A stretch of 63,864 nucleotides of DNA, filler included, from Caldilineae bacterium (GTDB lineage: Bacteria; Chloroflexota; Anaerolineae; DTLA01): NCBI GenBank assembly GCA_037446815.1. It is 5 parts of 5 records of this genome, joined end to end, with 100 filler letters (N's around TTAATTAATTAA, not from the genome) between each part and the next. Parts side by side here need not be neighbours in the genome. Positions count along the whole stretch, not along the records: positions 1 to 14,919 come from JBBIHX010000060.1; 4 more parts are not named here. The stretch is one strand, 5' to 3'. The notes below the pieces were generated by a model, which was given only the letters and a program-made list of their open reading frames with translations, ran no database searches and had not been told where the DNA came from. Positions 1-11,201 of this stretch are shown in pieces. How positions within the stretch are numbered: position 1 is the stretch's first letter; each line of letters starts with the position of its first letter. The translations under genes and the position numbers were made by a program.

Positions 1-81
1 CCCGGCGGGCGAGGGAGCATAGCCCTCGCCCCAGCCCTCTCCCGGCAGGCGAGGGCGTACCGCCTGCGGCTCAGCATGACA
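1..81. repeat. REP-like mosaic: CCCTC(A/G)CCCC-type palindromes plus GGCTCAGCATGACA half-repeat
   Basis: ccctcgccccagccctctcccggcaggcgaggg matches units at 15065-15150, 44635-44870 and 63832-63864. Confidence 0.75.
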
Positions 82-107
82 GAATGGGGAGGCGGCGCGC
101 GGGACAG

Positions 108-131
108 ACCAACACAAGATGGAACCGAATC
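108..131. mobile_element. Isolated terminal inverted repeat (right end) of the 150-bp MITE family
   Basis: accaacacaagatggaaccgaatc is the reverse-complement match of the end seen at 14757-14780. Confidence 0.75.
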
Positions 132-146
132 CTGTCCCGCGCAGCG

Positions 147-175
147 TTGACATCTGACATGAGTTATGATATTAT
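147..175 (+). promoter_or_regulatory. sigma70-type promoter
   Basis: TTGACA-17 bp-TATTAT with extended TG. Confidence 0.75.
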
Positions 176-238
176 GTAAGAGATCTTTGCAGCAGGTGGC
201 CTATCGCTGACCAGACTGTGGAAAGGAGTGCAAACACC

Positions 239-610
239 ATGACCAGATCGCGCACTGAATTGATGGTCAGTCGGCTCAGGGACCTACAGGCAAGCACGCC
301 CGACATTGAGGCTTCCGCCGTTGTGAGCGTGGACGGGCTCATCATGGCCTCTGCGCTTCCGGCAGATGTGGAGGAGGATAGGGTATCCGCCATGTCGGCG
401 GCCATGCTCTCCCTGGGCGAGCGAATTGCCGGGGAGTTGGGTCGGGGCTTGTTGGAGCAGGTCTACATCCGCGGCGCGCAGGGCTATGTCTTCCTCTCCG
501 CGGTCGGCGAGGACGCCGTGCTTACCGTGTTGGCGCGGAAGGACGCGAAACTCGGCCTCATCTTCCTGGACATGCGTCGCGCCGCAGAAGATCTAGCCAA
601 ACTGCTGTAG
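239..610 (+). CDS. Roadblock/LC7 domain protein (MglB-like)
   Basis: SAVVSVDGLIMAS...SAMSAAMLSLGERI...LGLIFLDM pattern; RBS AAAGGAG before ATG 239. Confidence 0.85.
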   Translation: MTRSRTELMVSRLRDLQASTPDIEASAVVSVDGLIMASALPADVEEDRVSAMSAAMLSLGERIAGELGRGLLEQVYIRGAQGYVFLSAVGEDAVLTVLARKDAKLGLIFLDMRRAAEDLAKLL

Positions 611-645
611 CCAGGCGCCTTTCACTCTCGGAGTCAATCGCAGGT

Positions 646-689
646 GGGGAGTCCCGACCGTTCGGGTTGGGCTCCCCGTTCTTTGTGCG
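646..689 (+). terminator. GC-rich hairpin with T-rich tail between the roadblock gene and pyrG
   Basis: ggggagtcccgacc-gttc-gggttgggctcccc followed by gttctttgt. Confidence 0.5.
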
Positions 690-700
690 TAACTTGCTAG

Positions 701-2326
<1,626 letters not shown>

Positions 2327-2379
2327 GGCAAATCGGCAACACTATCGTTGCGGTTTGTGTCTTCGTGTAAGCAAGACCA

Positions 2380-2458
2380 CACCGCGGAGGACCCAGAGAC
2401 CGCAGAGGGATTCAGAATGTACTTTGTTACTCCGCGCGCTCTGTGTCTCTCCGCGGTG
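2380..2458. repeat. Imperfect palindrome of the CGCAGAG / CTCCGCG type
   Basis: caccgcggag...ctccgcggtg; related copy at 20366-20431. Confidence 0.55.
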
Positions 2459-2570
2459 GGCAAAGCGGCCCCAAGATCGGCCAACACGCAAGAGTGAAAG
2501 CATCGCGTTGGCAATTCGCCCCACGTCGGACGCCTCACGTTGGACGCGAGATGCTTCGCCGCTTCGCGAA

Positions 2571-3527
2571 TCAGGGCAGGCTTCGCCGGAAGTGGGCCAC
2601 CGTCTGGCGCAGCCCCTCTTCCAGCGACACCGACGGCGTCCAGCCCAGTTCGCGGCGCGCTTTGTCGGCGTTGAGGAAACTGCGAAACACGTCGCCCGGC
2701 CTGGGGGGATCGTAGCGCGGCTCCCGCGCATAGCCGGTGATGGACTTCATCATGGCGAACAGGGCATTGACCGTCGTCCCCTGCCCGCACCCGATGTTGT
2801 ACGCCTGCCCGTCGCCGCGCGTCAGGGCCAGCACCGCGGCGCGGGCGCAATCCAGCACGTACACGAAGTCGCGCTCCTGCTCGCCGCTGCCGTAGATGAC
2901 CACCTGCTCGTCGTCCAGCATCCGCTGGGTGAAGATGGCGACGACGCCCGCCTCGCCGAAGGGGTCTTGTCGCGGGCCGTACACGTTCGCCAGGCGGAGC
3001 ACCGTATAGGCAAGGCCGTGCACCTGCCGATAAAAGTACAAGTAGTGCTCCACCGTGTGCTTGCTCACGCCGTAGGGCGACAGGGGCATGATGGGGTGCT
3101 CTTCGTCGCAGGGAAGGTACTGCGGCTCGCCGTACAGCGCCCCGCCGGTGGAGACGTACACGAACTTACCCACGCCCGTTCGCACGCTCTGCTGCAGGAG
3201 GTTGACGGAGCCCAGGATGTTCACGGCGGCATCGCGGGCGGGGTCGGCCACGGAGACGGGCACCGAAGCCTGCGCGGCCAGGTGCACCACCGCCTGCGGG
3301 CGCACCGCGTCAAACACCGCTGCCAGGTCGGGCGAGCCGATGTCCGCCAAGAAGAACTGGGCCTGAGGGTTCACGTTCTCGCGGCGGCCCGTGCTCAAGT
3401 TGTCCACCACGGCCACCGCATGCCCTTGCTCCACCAGCAGGTCTACGACATGGGAGCCGATGAACCCTGCTCCACCGGTTACCAGCACGCGCTTGTGGCG
3501 GCTGTCTTCTGTATCGTGCAATTGCAT
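2571..3527 (-). CDS. NAD-dependent epimerase/dehydratase (UDP-glucose 4-epimerase-like)
   Basis: VLVTGGAGFIGSH, YGVSK, NVYGPRQ. Confidence 0.9.
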   Translation of the reverse strand: MQLHDTEDSRHKRVLVTGGAGFIGSHVVDLLVEQGHAVAVVDNLSTGRRENVNPQAQFFLADIGSPDLAAVFDAVRPQAVVHLAAQASVPVSVADPARDAAVNILGSVNLLQQSVRTGVGKFVYVSTGGALYGEPQYLPCDEEHPIMPLSPYGVSKHTVEHYLYFYRQVHGLAYTVLRLANVYGPRQDPFGEAGVVAIFTQRMLDDEQVVIYGSGEQERDFVYVLDCARAAVLALTRGDGQAYNIGCGQGTTVNALFAMMKSITGYAREPRYDPPRPGDVFRSFLNADKARRELGWTPSVSLEEGLRQTVAHFRRSLP

Positions 3528-3640
3528 ACGGTTCGCTCCCCTTCTTGCAATATGTAGAGCACATTGTCAATTCGCGCGATGGCTGGCGCGCGGGACGCAT
3601 CGCGTGGGGCAAATTGCCCTACCGATGGGGCACAGGTCGC

Positions 3641-3955
3641 TTACTGCACGGCATCCACAAGCCACGCCAGGTAATCAGGGCTACCGTCCGCGACGGGCAC
3701 GGCGATGACCTCGGGCACTTGGTACGAATGCAGCGCCTTGACGCGCCGCATGAGATCGGGCAAGCGGGCGTCCGTCGTCTTGATGATGAGCAGAACCTCG
3801 GAATCCTGCTGCACCTGCCCTTCCCATCGGTACACCGACACGATGGGCGAGACGATGTTCACGCAGGCCGCGAGGCGCTCTTCCACCAGCGCGCGGGCGA
3901 TGCGCGCGGCCTCGTCGGTTGTCGCTGCGGTAACGAATGCAATCATCGGCTTCAT
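3641..3955 (-). CDS. cutA: Divalent-cation tolerance protein CutA
   Basis: LAACVNI, SVYRWEG, LHSYQVPE. Confidence 0.93.
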   Translation of the reverse strand: MKPMIAFVTAATTDEAARIARALVEERLAACVNIVSPIVSVYRWEGQVQQDSEVLLIIKTTDARLPDLMRRVKALHSYQVPEVIAVPVADGSPDYLAWLVDAVQ

Positions 3956-3985
3956 GCGTCTGCTCCTGATGTTACGAGAGGGGGT

Positions 3986-6589
3986 TCATCGTCGCGGCCA
4001 GGCGGCGGGCAGTCCTCGGCCCTCGGCCAGGATGCGCTGCACCAGCGCCTTCTCCTCTTCGCGGCTGCTCACCTCGCCGTCCAGCCGCGCGGCCAGCACC
4101 GCCGCGAGGATGTTCTTGTACAGCGGCCCGGGCGACAGCCCCATGGCCTTCAAATCGTGGCCCGTGATCTCGGGGCGGACATGCCGCAGGCGGAGCACGT
4201 AGTCGGCCACCCGTTCCCGCACCACGTCGGTGGAGGCGGCGTACCACAGCAACTTCACCGCGTCCAGGGGCGACGCGTCCAGGATGCGGCAGATTTCGCT
4301 GGGCTTCATGGCGCGCCGGGCCAGTTGCTCCTCGCCGGCCCGCAACTGCGCCGTCGCCATCAGCAGGTCGGCCAGTTGGCGGCGCAGGCGGAACCGTTCC
4401 GCGAACGCGGACAGTTCGCGCTCGGACAGGCGGGCCGTCAGGAGCGCCAGGTAGCCGTCGCGCAGCGCATCGCCGGCGGGCTTGTCCCCCCACGGCGGAA
4501 CGTCCTCGCGCAGGCGGCGGAATCGCTCCTGGAGCCACGAATCGCACACCAGGCTCGGCGAGATGTGGCGCAGAATCCCCAACGCTTGCAGGCGGCACAG
4601 GATATCCTCGGGCACTTGCTCCTCCAGGATGAGGAGCAACTCGTGGAGGATGCGCGGCCCGGAGACCTTGTCCAACAGGTCCACGGCGTTGCGCAGCAAC
4701 TCCTCGGTGCGCGGCTCCATGTGGAACCCCATGCGCGTCTCAAAGCGGGCGGCGCGCAGCATTCGGGTCGGGTCCTCCACGAAACTCAGGCTGTGGAGGA
4801 CGCGAATGACCTTACGGTTGAGGTCTGCCTCGCCGCCGTAGAAGTCCAGCAGTTCACCGAAGTGCTCCGGGTCCACGCGGATGGCAAGGGTGTTGATGGT
4901 GAAATCGCGGCGATGCAGGTCCAACTTGATGGAACTGCGCTCCACCGTGGGCAGGACGGTCGGCTCCTCGTAGAACTCGGTGCGCGCTGTGGCGAAGTCA
5001 ATGTTGCCGGGGAACTCCGGGGCGCCGTTGGGAATGCCCTCCAGGAGCCAGTTGGCCGTCTTGAACTGGGTATGCACGCGCACTTTGCCGCCGATGCGCC
5101 GCGCCAGCCTGCGGGCCAGTCGTATGGCGTCGCCCTCCACCACGAAGTCTATGTCAAAGTTGGGGATGCCGAGGAGCAGGTCGCGCACGAACCCGCCCAC
5201 CAGGTAGGCCGTGGCCTGCATCTCGTCGGCCTCGCGCCCCACTTCCTGGATAAGGCGCAGCAACGACGGCGGCAGCGACTGGGCGAGTTTGGCCGCGATT
5301 TCGGCTCGGCGGGGGGAGGGCGGCACAGACCACAGTTTCAGCAGGTCCGTGCGCGTTACGATGCCGATGACCTCGCCATCGCGCACCACCGGCACCTGCC
5401 CCACGCGGTGCTCCGCCATCACCTGGCGCAGTTTCTCCACCGGATCGTTCGGCGACACGGCCACATCTCCGGCCACCATGTACAGGCGCACGGGAGCGCC
5501 GCCGAGTTTGTGGTGCAGGGCCCGATCCACCTCGCGCCGCGTCAGAATGCCCACAATCTTCCCGCGCTCCACGACCGGAAAGCCCTCGTGGCCGTAGCGC
5601 GTCATGAGGTCTGCCGCCTCGGCGATGGTGGTGTCGGGGCTGACCGTGTGAACGCCGTAGGACATGATTTCGCCGACGGTAACGGCGGGCATGACGCGCT
5701 TTTTCAGGTACGCCACCAGCGCGTCCTTGACCTCCCCCGCCGACTGCCCGCGCACCAGTGCCGCGGCGGCTCGGCTGTGCCCACCCCCGCCGAAGAACGC
5801 CGTCGCCTCGGCCACGTTGACGGCGTCCGAACTGCTCCGCGCCACAATTTGCACGTGCTCGTCCATCTGCACGATGACGAACAGCGCGTCGGGGTCAAGC
5901 AAGTCCCGCAACTTGTGCGCGAGGGTGGAGATTTCCTCCACGTACTCAGGGACGGTGGCGGTGGCAATGGCTATCACCTGCCCCCTGAGTTCCAGAATCT
6001 CGCTGTTCTGCACCAGTTGGTCGTACAGGCTCCGTTGCCGCTCGCTGAGCGGATAGCGCAGGTAGCGGTTGACGACCTCCAGGTTCGCGTGCCGATCCAG
6101 CAGCCACGAAGCGGCCCTGGCATCCCGCGCCGTCGTCGTGAGATAACTGAGGGAGCCGGTGTCCTCGTAGATGCCGAGCAGAAGCAGCGTTGCCTCAATG
6201 GGCGAGATGGGCACCAGCGCCTGCGACACTTGCTCCACCAGGAGCGTCGTCGTCGCGCCGGTTTCCGCCGAGGAGAATGCAACGGTGTCCGGCAGACCCT
6301 CGCTGCGCGGGTGATGGTCAATGATCTCTATTCGGGTGTTCTTGCCCATGCCCCGCAACGTGGGAATCGTCTGGGTGTCCACGAGGATGAGACGCGATAT
6401 GGGCTTTCGCGGGAGGTCTTCGGCGTGCCAGAACGGGAGTTGCTCCCAGTAGAGGGTAACGAAGTCCTGCACGTTGCGGTTCAGCCGCCGCGGGAGCACC
6501 GGCGTGGCGCGCGGGTACAGTTTGGACGCCGCCAGGAGCGACGCCAGCGCGTCAAAGTCCGTGTTTTCGTGCGTTGCGATGATTTCCAT
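3986..6589 (-). CDS. DHH-DHHA1-CBS-tRNA nucleotidyltransferase (A-adding/CCA-type)
   Basis: THENTDFDA, DHH, GGGGH, CBS pair, GGFVRD-DID, RRDFTIN, EDPTR. Confidence 0.9.
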   Translation of the reverse strand: MEIIATHENTDFDALASLLAASKLYPRATPVLPRRLNRNVQDFVTLYWEQLPFWHAEDLPRKPISRLILVDTQTIPTLRGMGKNTRIEIIDHHPRSEGLPDTVAFSSAETGATTTLLVEQVSQALVPISPIEATLLLLGIYEDTGSLSYLTTTARDARAASWLLDRHANLEVVNRYLRYPLSERQRSLYDQLVQNSEILELRGQVIAIATATVPEYVEEISTLAHKLRDLLDPDALFVIVQMDEHVQIVARSSSDAVNVAEATAFFGGGGHSRAAAALVRGQSAGEVKDALVAYLKKRVMPAVTVGEIMSYGVHTVSPDTTIAEAADLMTRYGHEGFPVVERGKIVGILTRREVDRALHHKLGGAPVRLYMVAGDVAVSPNDPVEKLRQVMAEHRVGQVPVVRDGEVIGIVTRTDLLKLWSVPPSPRRAEIAAKLAQSLPPSLLRLIQEVGREADEMQATAYLVGGFVRDLLLGIPNFDIDFVVEGDAIRLARRLARRIGGKVRVHTQFKTANWLLEGIPNGAPEFPGNIDFATARTEFYEEPTVLPTVERSSIKLDLHRRDFTINTLAIRVDPEHFGELLDFYGGEADLNRKVIRVLHSLSFVEDPTRMLRAARFETRMGFHMEPRTEELLRNAVDLLDKVSGPRILHELLLILEEQVPEDILCRLQALGILRHISPSLVCDSWLQERFRRLREDVPPWGDKPAGDALRDGYLALLTARLSERELSAFAERFRLRRQLADLLMATAQLRAGEEQLARRAMKPSEICRILDASPLDAVKLLWYAASTDVVRERVADYVLRLRHVRPEITGHDLKAMGLSPGPLYKNILAAVLAARLDGEVSSREEEKALVQRILAEGRGLPAAWPRR

Positions 6590-6619
6590 TACCCCGTTCC
6601 CCGTGGAAGCGCCCGCGCC

Positions 6620-6920
6620 CTGGTATTGCGAGCGGAGCCCCTCGGTTTACGAGATTCCTCGCGGCTCCGCCGCTCGGAATGACAGGCCCTATGCTGGCAT
6701 TGCGAGCGGAGCGCAGCCTTTCGGTTTACGAGATTCCTCGCGGCTCCGCCGCTCGGAATGACAGGCNNNNNNNNNNNNNNNNNNNNNNNNNNNNNNNNNN
6801 NNNNNNNNNNNNNNNNNNNNNNNNNNNNNNNNNNNNNNNNNNNNNNNNNNNNNNNNNNNNNNNNNNTCGCGGCTCCGCCGCTCGGAATGACAGGCTGTAT
6901 GCTGGCGTTGCGAGCGAAGC
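6620..6920. repeat. Tandem array of about 79-bp units containing a GTCATTCCGAGCGGCGGAGCCGCGAGGAATCTC-type repeat, interrupted by an N gap
   Basis: tcggtttacgagattcctcgcggctccgccgctcggaatgacaggc at 6642 and 6721; third copy ends near 6895. Confidence 0.8.
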
Positions 6921-6952
6921 CACCCCTCGCAGGCGCGTCGCCGTCGCCTCGG

Positions 6953-7003
6953 ATTATAGCGGCAAGGACAGCCGTTGACAAAGCCGACAGCCGAGGGTAT
7001 AAT
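6953..7003. promoter_or_regulatory. Overlapping divergent sigma70 promoters
   Basis: + TTGACA(6975)-17-TATAAT(6998); - TTGTCA(6981)-17-TATAAT(6958). Confidence 0.7.
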
Positions 7004-7041
7004 CCGCGACACGTTGACCGGTTCCAGGTCGGGAGGTACGA

Positions 7042-8748
7042 TTGCGTCTCCGCGGCAAGAAGGTTCTCACGATAGCCTTGTTGCTGGCCGTGCTCCTGGG
7101 TGGGGTGGCCGGCATGGCCCGCACCCTGGAGGACTACCGCCAGGCGTTGCAGTCATCGGGCGTGCAGCCGACGCCGCCCCGCACCGTCCACAACACCGAC
7201 GTGAACCCCTACGGCGCCAATTTCTTCCTGGCCCGCGAAGTGGAACTGTGGAAGCGCGAGAAGACCGTCCAGATGGCCGCCGCGGCGGGCATTCGCTGGG
7301 CCAAGCAGCAGTTCTCGTGGGAGGAGATTGAGCCGCGCAAGGGGGATTTCCGCATCCCCGCCACGGGCGAGAGCAGTTGGGGCAAGTACGACCAGATTGT
7401 GGACCTGTTCCTGCGGTACGGCATGGAGGTCATCGCCCGCCTGGACCGCCCGCCCGACTGGACGCGCCAGGACAACACCCTCAAGGAGCGCCCGCCCGAT
7501 AACTTCGCCGACTACGGCAACTTCGTGTACGAATTCGTGCGCCACTTCAAGGGCCGCATTCACTACATCCAGATTTGGAACGAGCCGAACATCTACCCCG
7601 AATGGGGCGAGCGGCCGGTGGACCCCGCTGCGTATGTGGAACTCCTGAAGATCGCCTATCTGCGCGCCAAGGAGGCCGACCCCAACATCGTGGTGCTGAG
7701 CGCGCCGCTGGCCATCACGCTGGGCGAGCCGCACCCCGAGCCCGGCAAGTGGCGCTCCATGAGCGACCTGCAATTCCTGGAGGAGATGTACCAGGCGGGC
7801 GCGAAGGACTACTTTGACATCCTCTCGGCCAACGCCTTTGGCATGAGCCTGCCGCCCGAGGACCCGCCTGACCCGAACAAACTCAACTTCTCCCGCGTGG
7901 TGCTCCTGCGCCAGATTATGGAGAAGTACGGCGATGGCCAGAAGGCCGTGTGGTTCAACGAGTACGGCTGGAACGCCGCGCCCGAGTCGTTCCCGCTGGG
8001 GGCGCTCATCTGGGGGCGCGTGGACGAGGAGACCCAGGCGCAGTACACCGTGCGCGGGATTGAAATGGCCCGCCAGCAGTGGCCGTGGGCGGGCGTCTTC
8101 TGCATCTGGTACTTCCGCCAGGTGGGGCAGTACCCGGCAGACGAGGCCGCCTACTACTTCCGCTTGGTGGACCCCGACTTCACGCCGCGCCGCCTGTACT
8201 ACGCCATCAAGGAGGTCGCCACGGCCCTGCCGCCCGCCGGCCCGGGCACCCACGAGGAGACCAGTCCGGCGGTGCAGCGCGACGGCGGATGGGAACGCAT
8301 CCTTGCGCCGCAGGTGAGCGGGGGCGGCTACCTGGAGGCTTCGGCGGCGGGCGCGTCGCTCACGTTCACGTTCATGGGCCAGATCGTGAGCCTGGTGGTG
8401 CACAAGTCGCCCTATGCAGGGCGGCTGTGGGTGGCGCTGGACGGTCGGAACGCTCCCGGGCTCCTTGTGGACGAACAGGGACACTCGTACATAGACCTGC
8501 ACAGCAACAGCGATGTCTGGACGGAGATGCCGGTGGTGCGCGATGCGGGGAGCGGAACCCACACGCTGCAACTGACCGTGGCTTCGCAGGCGGATCCGGC
8601 AGCGACGGGCGCGAAATGCGGCATTGATACGTTTGTGGTGCGGGCGGCTCCCACGCCGAGTTTCCCCTACGTGCCGCTCGGGGCGTTCGCCCTCATCGCG
8701 GCGGTGGCGGTCGTGGGCCTGGCGCGCGCGGTTAGGAAAAGCCGGTAG
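7042..8748 (+). CDS. Secreted, membrane-anchored clan GH-A glycoside hydrolase (GH5/GH39-like)
   Basis: N-terminal signal, IWNEPN acid/base, FNEYGW nucleophile, C-terminal TM helix with basic tail; RBS GGGAGG and TTG start. Confidence 0.75.
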   Translation: MRLRGKKVLTIALLLAVLLGGVAGMARTLEDYRQALQSSGVQPTPPRTVHNTDVNPYGANFFLAREVELWKREKTVQMAAAAGIRWAKQQFSWEEIEPRKGDFRIPATGESSWGKYDQIVDLFLRYGMEVIARLDRPPDWTRQDNTLKERPPDNFADYGNFVYEFVRHFKGRIHYIQIWNEPNIYPEWGERPVDPAAYVELLKIAYLRAKEADPNIVVLSAPLAITLGEPHPEPGKWRSMSDLQFLEEMYQAGAKDYFDILSANAFGMSLPPEDPPDPNKLNFSRVVLLRQIMEKYGDGQKAVWFNEYGWNAAPESFPLGALIWGRVDEETQAQYTVRGIEMARQQWPWAGVFCIWYFRQVGQYPADEAAYYFRLVDPDFTPRRLYYAIKEVATALPPAGPGTHEETSPAVQRDGGWERILAPQVSGGGYLEASAAGASLTFTFMGQIVSLVVHKSPYAGRLWVALDGRNAPGLLVDEQGHSYIDLHSNSDVWTEMPVVRDAGSGTHTLQLTVASQADPAATGAKCGIDTFVVRAAPTPSFPYVPLGAFALIAAVAVVGLARAVRKSR

Positions 8749-8850
8749 CGCCAATCGGGCAGCCCGGCAGGGGCAGCGCCCGCCGCCTTCGGGAGAATGA
8801 CTGCACCCACAGACGGCGGATGGCCAATCGCTGACCGCTGACTGCTATTC

Positions 8851-9633
8851 CTACTTGAACCTCCCCACCACCACCTTCCCCGCCAACTCCTCCGCGCTCA
8901 TCTTCGCGGCGCGGTCTTTGGGGACGCAGAGGGTCTTGTACCGCTCCAGAAGGGCCACGGGGTCGGCCAGTTGGTTGCGGCGGCCCCATTGCGTCGGGCA
9001 CGGGCTGAGCACTTCCACAAAAGCGAACCCCTTGTGCAGCAGCGCCTCCTTCAGCGTGCGGATGAGCGGGCGGATGTGATAGACCGACCAGCGGGCGACG
9101 AACGACGCCCCCGCTCCTTCTACCAGTTTGCACAGGTCAAAAGGCGGCTCCTCGTTGCCCTGCGGCGTGGTGGCGGTGATGGTGCCGATGTCGGTGGTGG
9201 GCGTAACCTGGCCGCCGGTCATGCCGTAGATTTGATTGTTGGCGCAGATGACGGTCATGTCCAGGTTGCGACGGGCGGCGTGAATCAGGTGGTTGCCGCC
9301 GATGGCCGCGATGTCGCCGTCGCCCCCGATGACGACGACGTTCAGGTCGGGGTTGAACAGCGCCGCGCCGGTGGCGAAGGCGACGGGCCGCCCGTGGGTC
9401 GTGTGGAGCGTGTCGGCAGCGAAGTGCGGGCTGGGAATCCACCCCGCGCACCCGATGCCCGACACGAACAGCATTCGGGACACATCCAGCCCCAGTTCGT
9501 CCACAGCGCGCAGGATGGCGCCCATGAGGATGCCATGCCCGCACCCGGGGCACATGGTGGAGGGGAACACCTCCGGCCGAATCAGCGCGCGGATGGATTC
9601 AGTGGTTGCCGTCTTCGTGCTCATCGCAGCCAC
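8851..9633 (-). CDS. 2-oxoacid:ferredoxin oxidoreductase beta subunit
   Basis: CPGCG, SGIGC, GGDGD-GGNH (TPP motif), YGMTGGQ, SPCPT. Confidence 0.92.
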   Translation of the reverse strand: MAAMSTKTATTESIRALIRPEVFPSTMCPGCGHGILMGAILRAVDELGLDVSRMLFVSGIGCAGWIPSPHFAADTLHTTHGRPVAFATGAALFNPDLNVVVIGGDGDIAAIGGNHLIHAARRNLDMTVICANNQIYGMTGGQVTPTTDIGTITATTPQGNEEPPFDLCKLVEGAGASFVARWSVYHIRPLIRTLKEALLHKGFAFVEVLSPCPTQWGRRNQLADPVALLERYKTLCVPKDRAAKMSAEELAGKVVVGRFK

Positions 9634-11045
9634 TCCTTCATGACGGCCCAGATTTCGTCGGGCGCGATGACTTCGCCGTCGGTCTTGCCGAATCCGCGCG
9701 CGTCGGGGATCACGCGCTGGACCTCGCGGAGCATCTGGCCGCGGTTCATCTCGGCCACCAGGACGCGCTCGCTCCGCGCGGCGACGTCGCGCAGCGCCTG
9801 GGATGGGAACGGCCAGACGGTGCGCGGGCGGAACAGCCCCACTCGATGCCCGTCCTCGCGGGCCATGCGCGCCGCGCCCAGCGCCGATCGCGCCGTGAAC
9901 CCAAAACTTACCAGCAGCATGTCCAGTCGCTCATCCTCGCACAGGTACGTCTCGCTCGCCACGATTTCGTCCAGGCTGTCGGTGATCTTGGTGCACAGGC
10001 GCTCGGTGAGTTCGGCCTGGGCCTTGGCGCTGGACGTGCGGCGGTAGCCCCAGGCGTCGTGGGTGGAGCCGGTAACGAGGAGGCGATGCCCCTCGCCGAA
10101 AACGGGCATGGGCGGCACGGGCTTGCCGCCGAAGGGCGGTTCTCGGTCCGTCGGGCCGATGCGGTTGAAGACGCGCACCTCCGGCGGGATGGTCAGGTTC
10201 TCGCGCAGATGCCCCACGCCTTCGTCGGCCAGCAGAATCACCGGCACGCGGAACCGCTCGGCCAGGTTGAAGGCGCGGATGGTCTCGGTGTACATCTCGG
10301 CAACGGACCACGGCGACAGGGCGATGATCTCGTAGTCGCCGTGGGCGCCCCAGCGGACCTGCATGTAGTCGCCCTGGCCAGGGCGCGTGGCCTGGCCGGT
10401 GCTGGGGCCGGCGCGCTGGACATCCACGATGACCAGCGGCGTCTCGGTGATGATGGCGTAGCCGAGGTTTTCCAGCATGAGGCTGATGCCCGGGCCGCTG
10501 GTGGCCGTCATGGCCTTTGCGCCCGTCCAGGCCGCGCCGATGCACGATGCGATGGACGCGATCTCATCTTCCATCTGGGCGAAGACGCGCTTGCCGGGCA
10601 ATTCCGCGAAGCGCGCGCAGATGCGCTCCATGATCTCGCTGGCCGGCGTAATGGGGTAGCCTGCGTAGAAGTTGCACCCCGCGGCGATGGCCCCCTCGGC
10701 GCACGCCTCGTCGCCCTGCATGAAGTGCGGCCCGGGCGGGAGCGGCGACGGGACAGTCGTCCAGCCCTGGGGCAGTGGGCGAGGCGACGGGCCGGCCACA
10801 GGCGCACCCGCGGGTTCCGCGCCGGCCGCGCTTCTCGCCTCGTCGCCCGAGACGGCGATGGCCAGGTCGGGGCACAGGAGTTCGCACTGGCGGCACACGG
10901 TGCAGTCGCCGGGCCGCGCCGCGACAACCGGGTGAAACCCGTGGTCAAACGATTGCTGGTCTATCTCCAGCACATGGCGGGGGCACACGCTGACGCAGAT
11001 GTAGCACCCCTTGCACCAATCCCGATTTATGACGATTTCCGGCAT
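9621..11045 (-). CDS. 2-oxoacid:ferredoxin oxidoreductase alpha subunit with fused N-terminal 2x[4Fe-4S] (delta-like) domain
   Basis: CKGCYICVSVCP and CTVCRQCELLCP, then YAGYPITP, TATSGPG, QRAGPSTG; start taken at MPEIVIN. Confidence 0.88.
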   Translation of the reverse strand: MPEIVINRDWCKGCYICVSVCPRHVLEIDQQSFDHGFHPVVAARPGDCTVCRQCELLCPDLAIAVSGDEARSAAGAEPAGAPVAGPSPRPLPQGWTTVPSPLPPGPHFMQGDEACAEGAIAAGCNFYAGYPITPASEIMERICARFAELPGKRVFAQMEDEIASIASCIGAAWTGAKAMTATSGPGISLMLENLGYAIITETPLVIVDVQRAGPSTGQATRPGQGDYMQVRWGAHGDYEIIALSPWSVAEMYTETIRAFNLAERFRVPVILLADEGVGHLRENLTIPPEVRVFNRIGPTDREPPFGGKPVPPMPVFGEGHRLLVTGSTHDAWGYRRTSSAKAQAELTERLCTKITDSLDEIVASETYLCEDERLDMLLVSFGFTARSALGAARMAREDGHRVGLFRPRTVWPFPSQALRDVAARSERVLVAEMNRGQMLREVQRVIPDARGFGKTDGEVIAPDEIWAVMKEWLR

Positions 11046-11111
11046 GTCCTCTGGTCCTGCACCGCACACTGTCGTTGCGGGTTGTGTTTTTCTGTAAGCC
11101 CCGCAAGGGCG

Positions 11112-11168
11112 GGTCTGTAGGGGCGGGTCCGAGGTAGGGGCGGGTCTGAGACCCGCCCCTACAGACCT
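11112..11168. repeat. GTAG-type REP palindrome
   Basis: gtaggggcgggtctgagacccgcccctac plus a partial upstream copy. Confidence 0.75.
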
Positions 11169-11201
11169 GCCCCTACCCTGTGTCTCTCCCCCGTGCAACT
11201 T

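Noticed and set aside
3545..6682. Long antisense ORFs (also 842-2305, 17703-19394, 44922-47369, 47000-49039 and others)
   Set aside because: Shadow frames of real high-GC genes, with no motifs or RBS.
6620..6920. CRISPR array
   Set aside because: Inter-repeat segments are near-identical to each other, so this is a tandem repeat.
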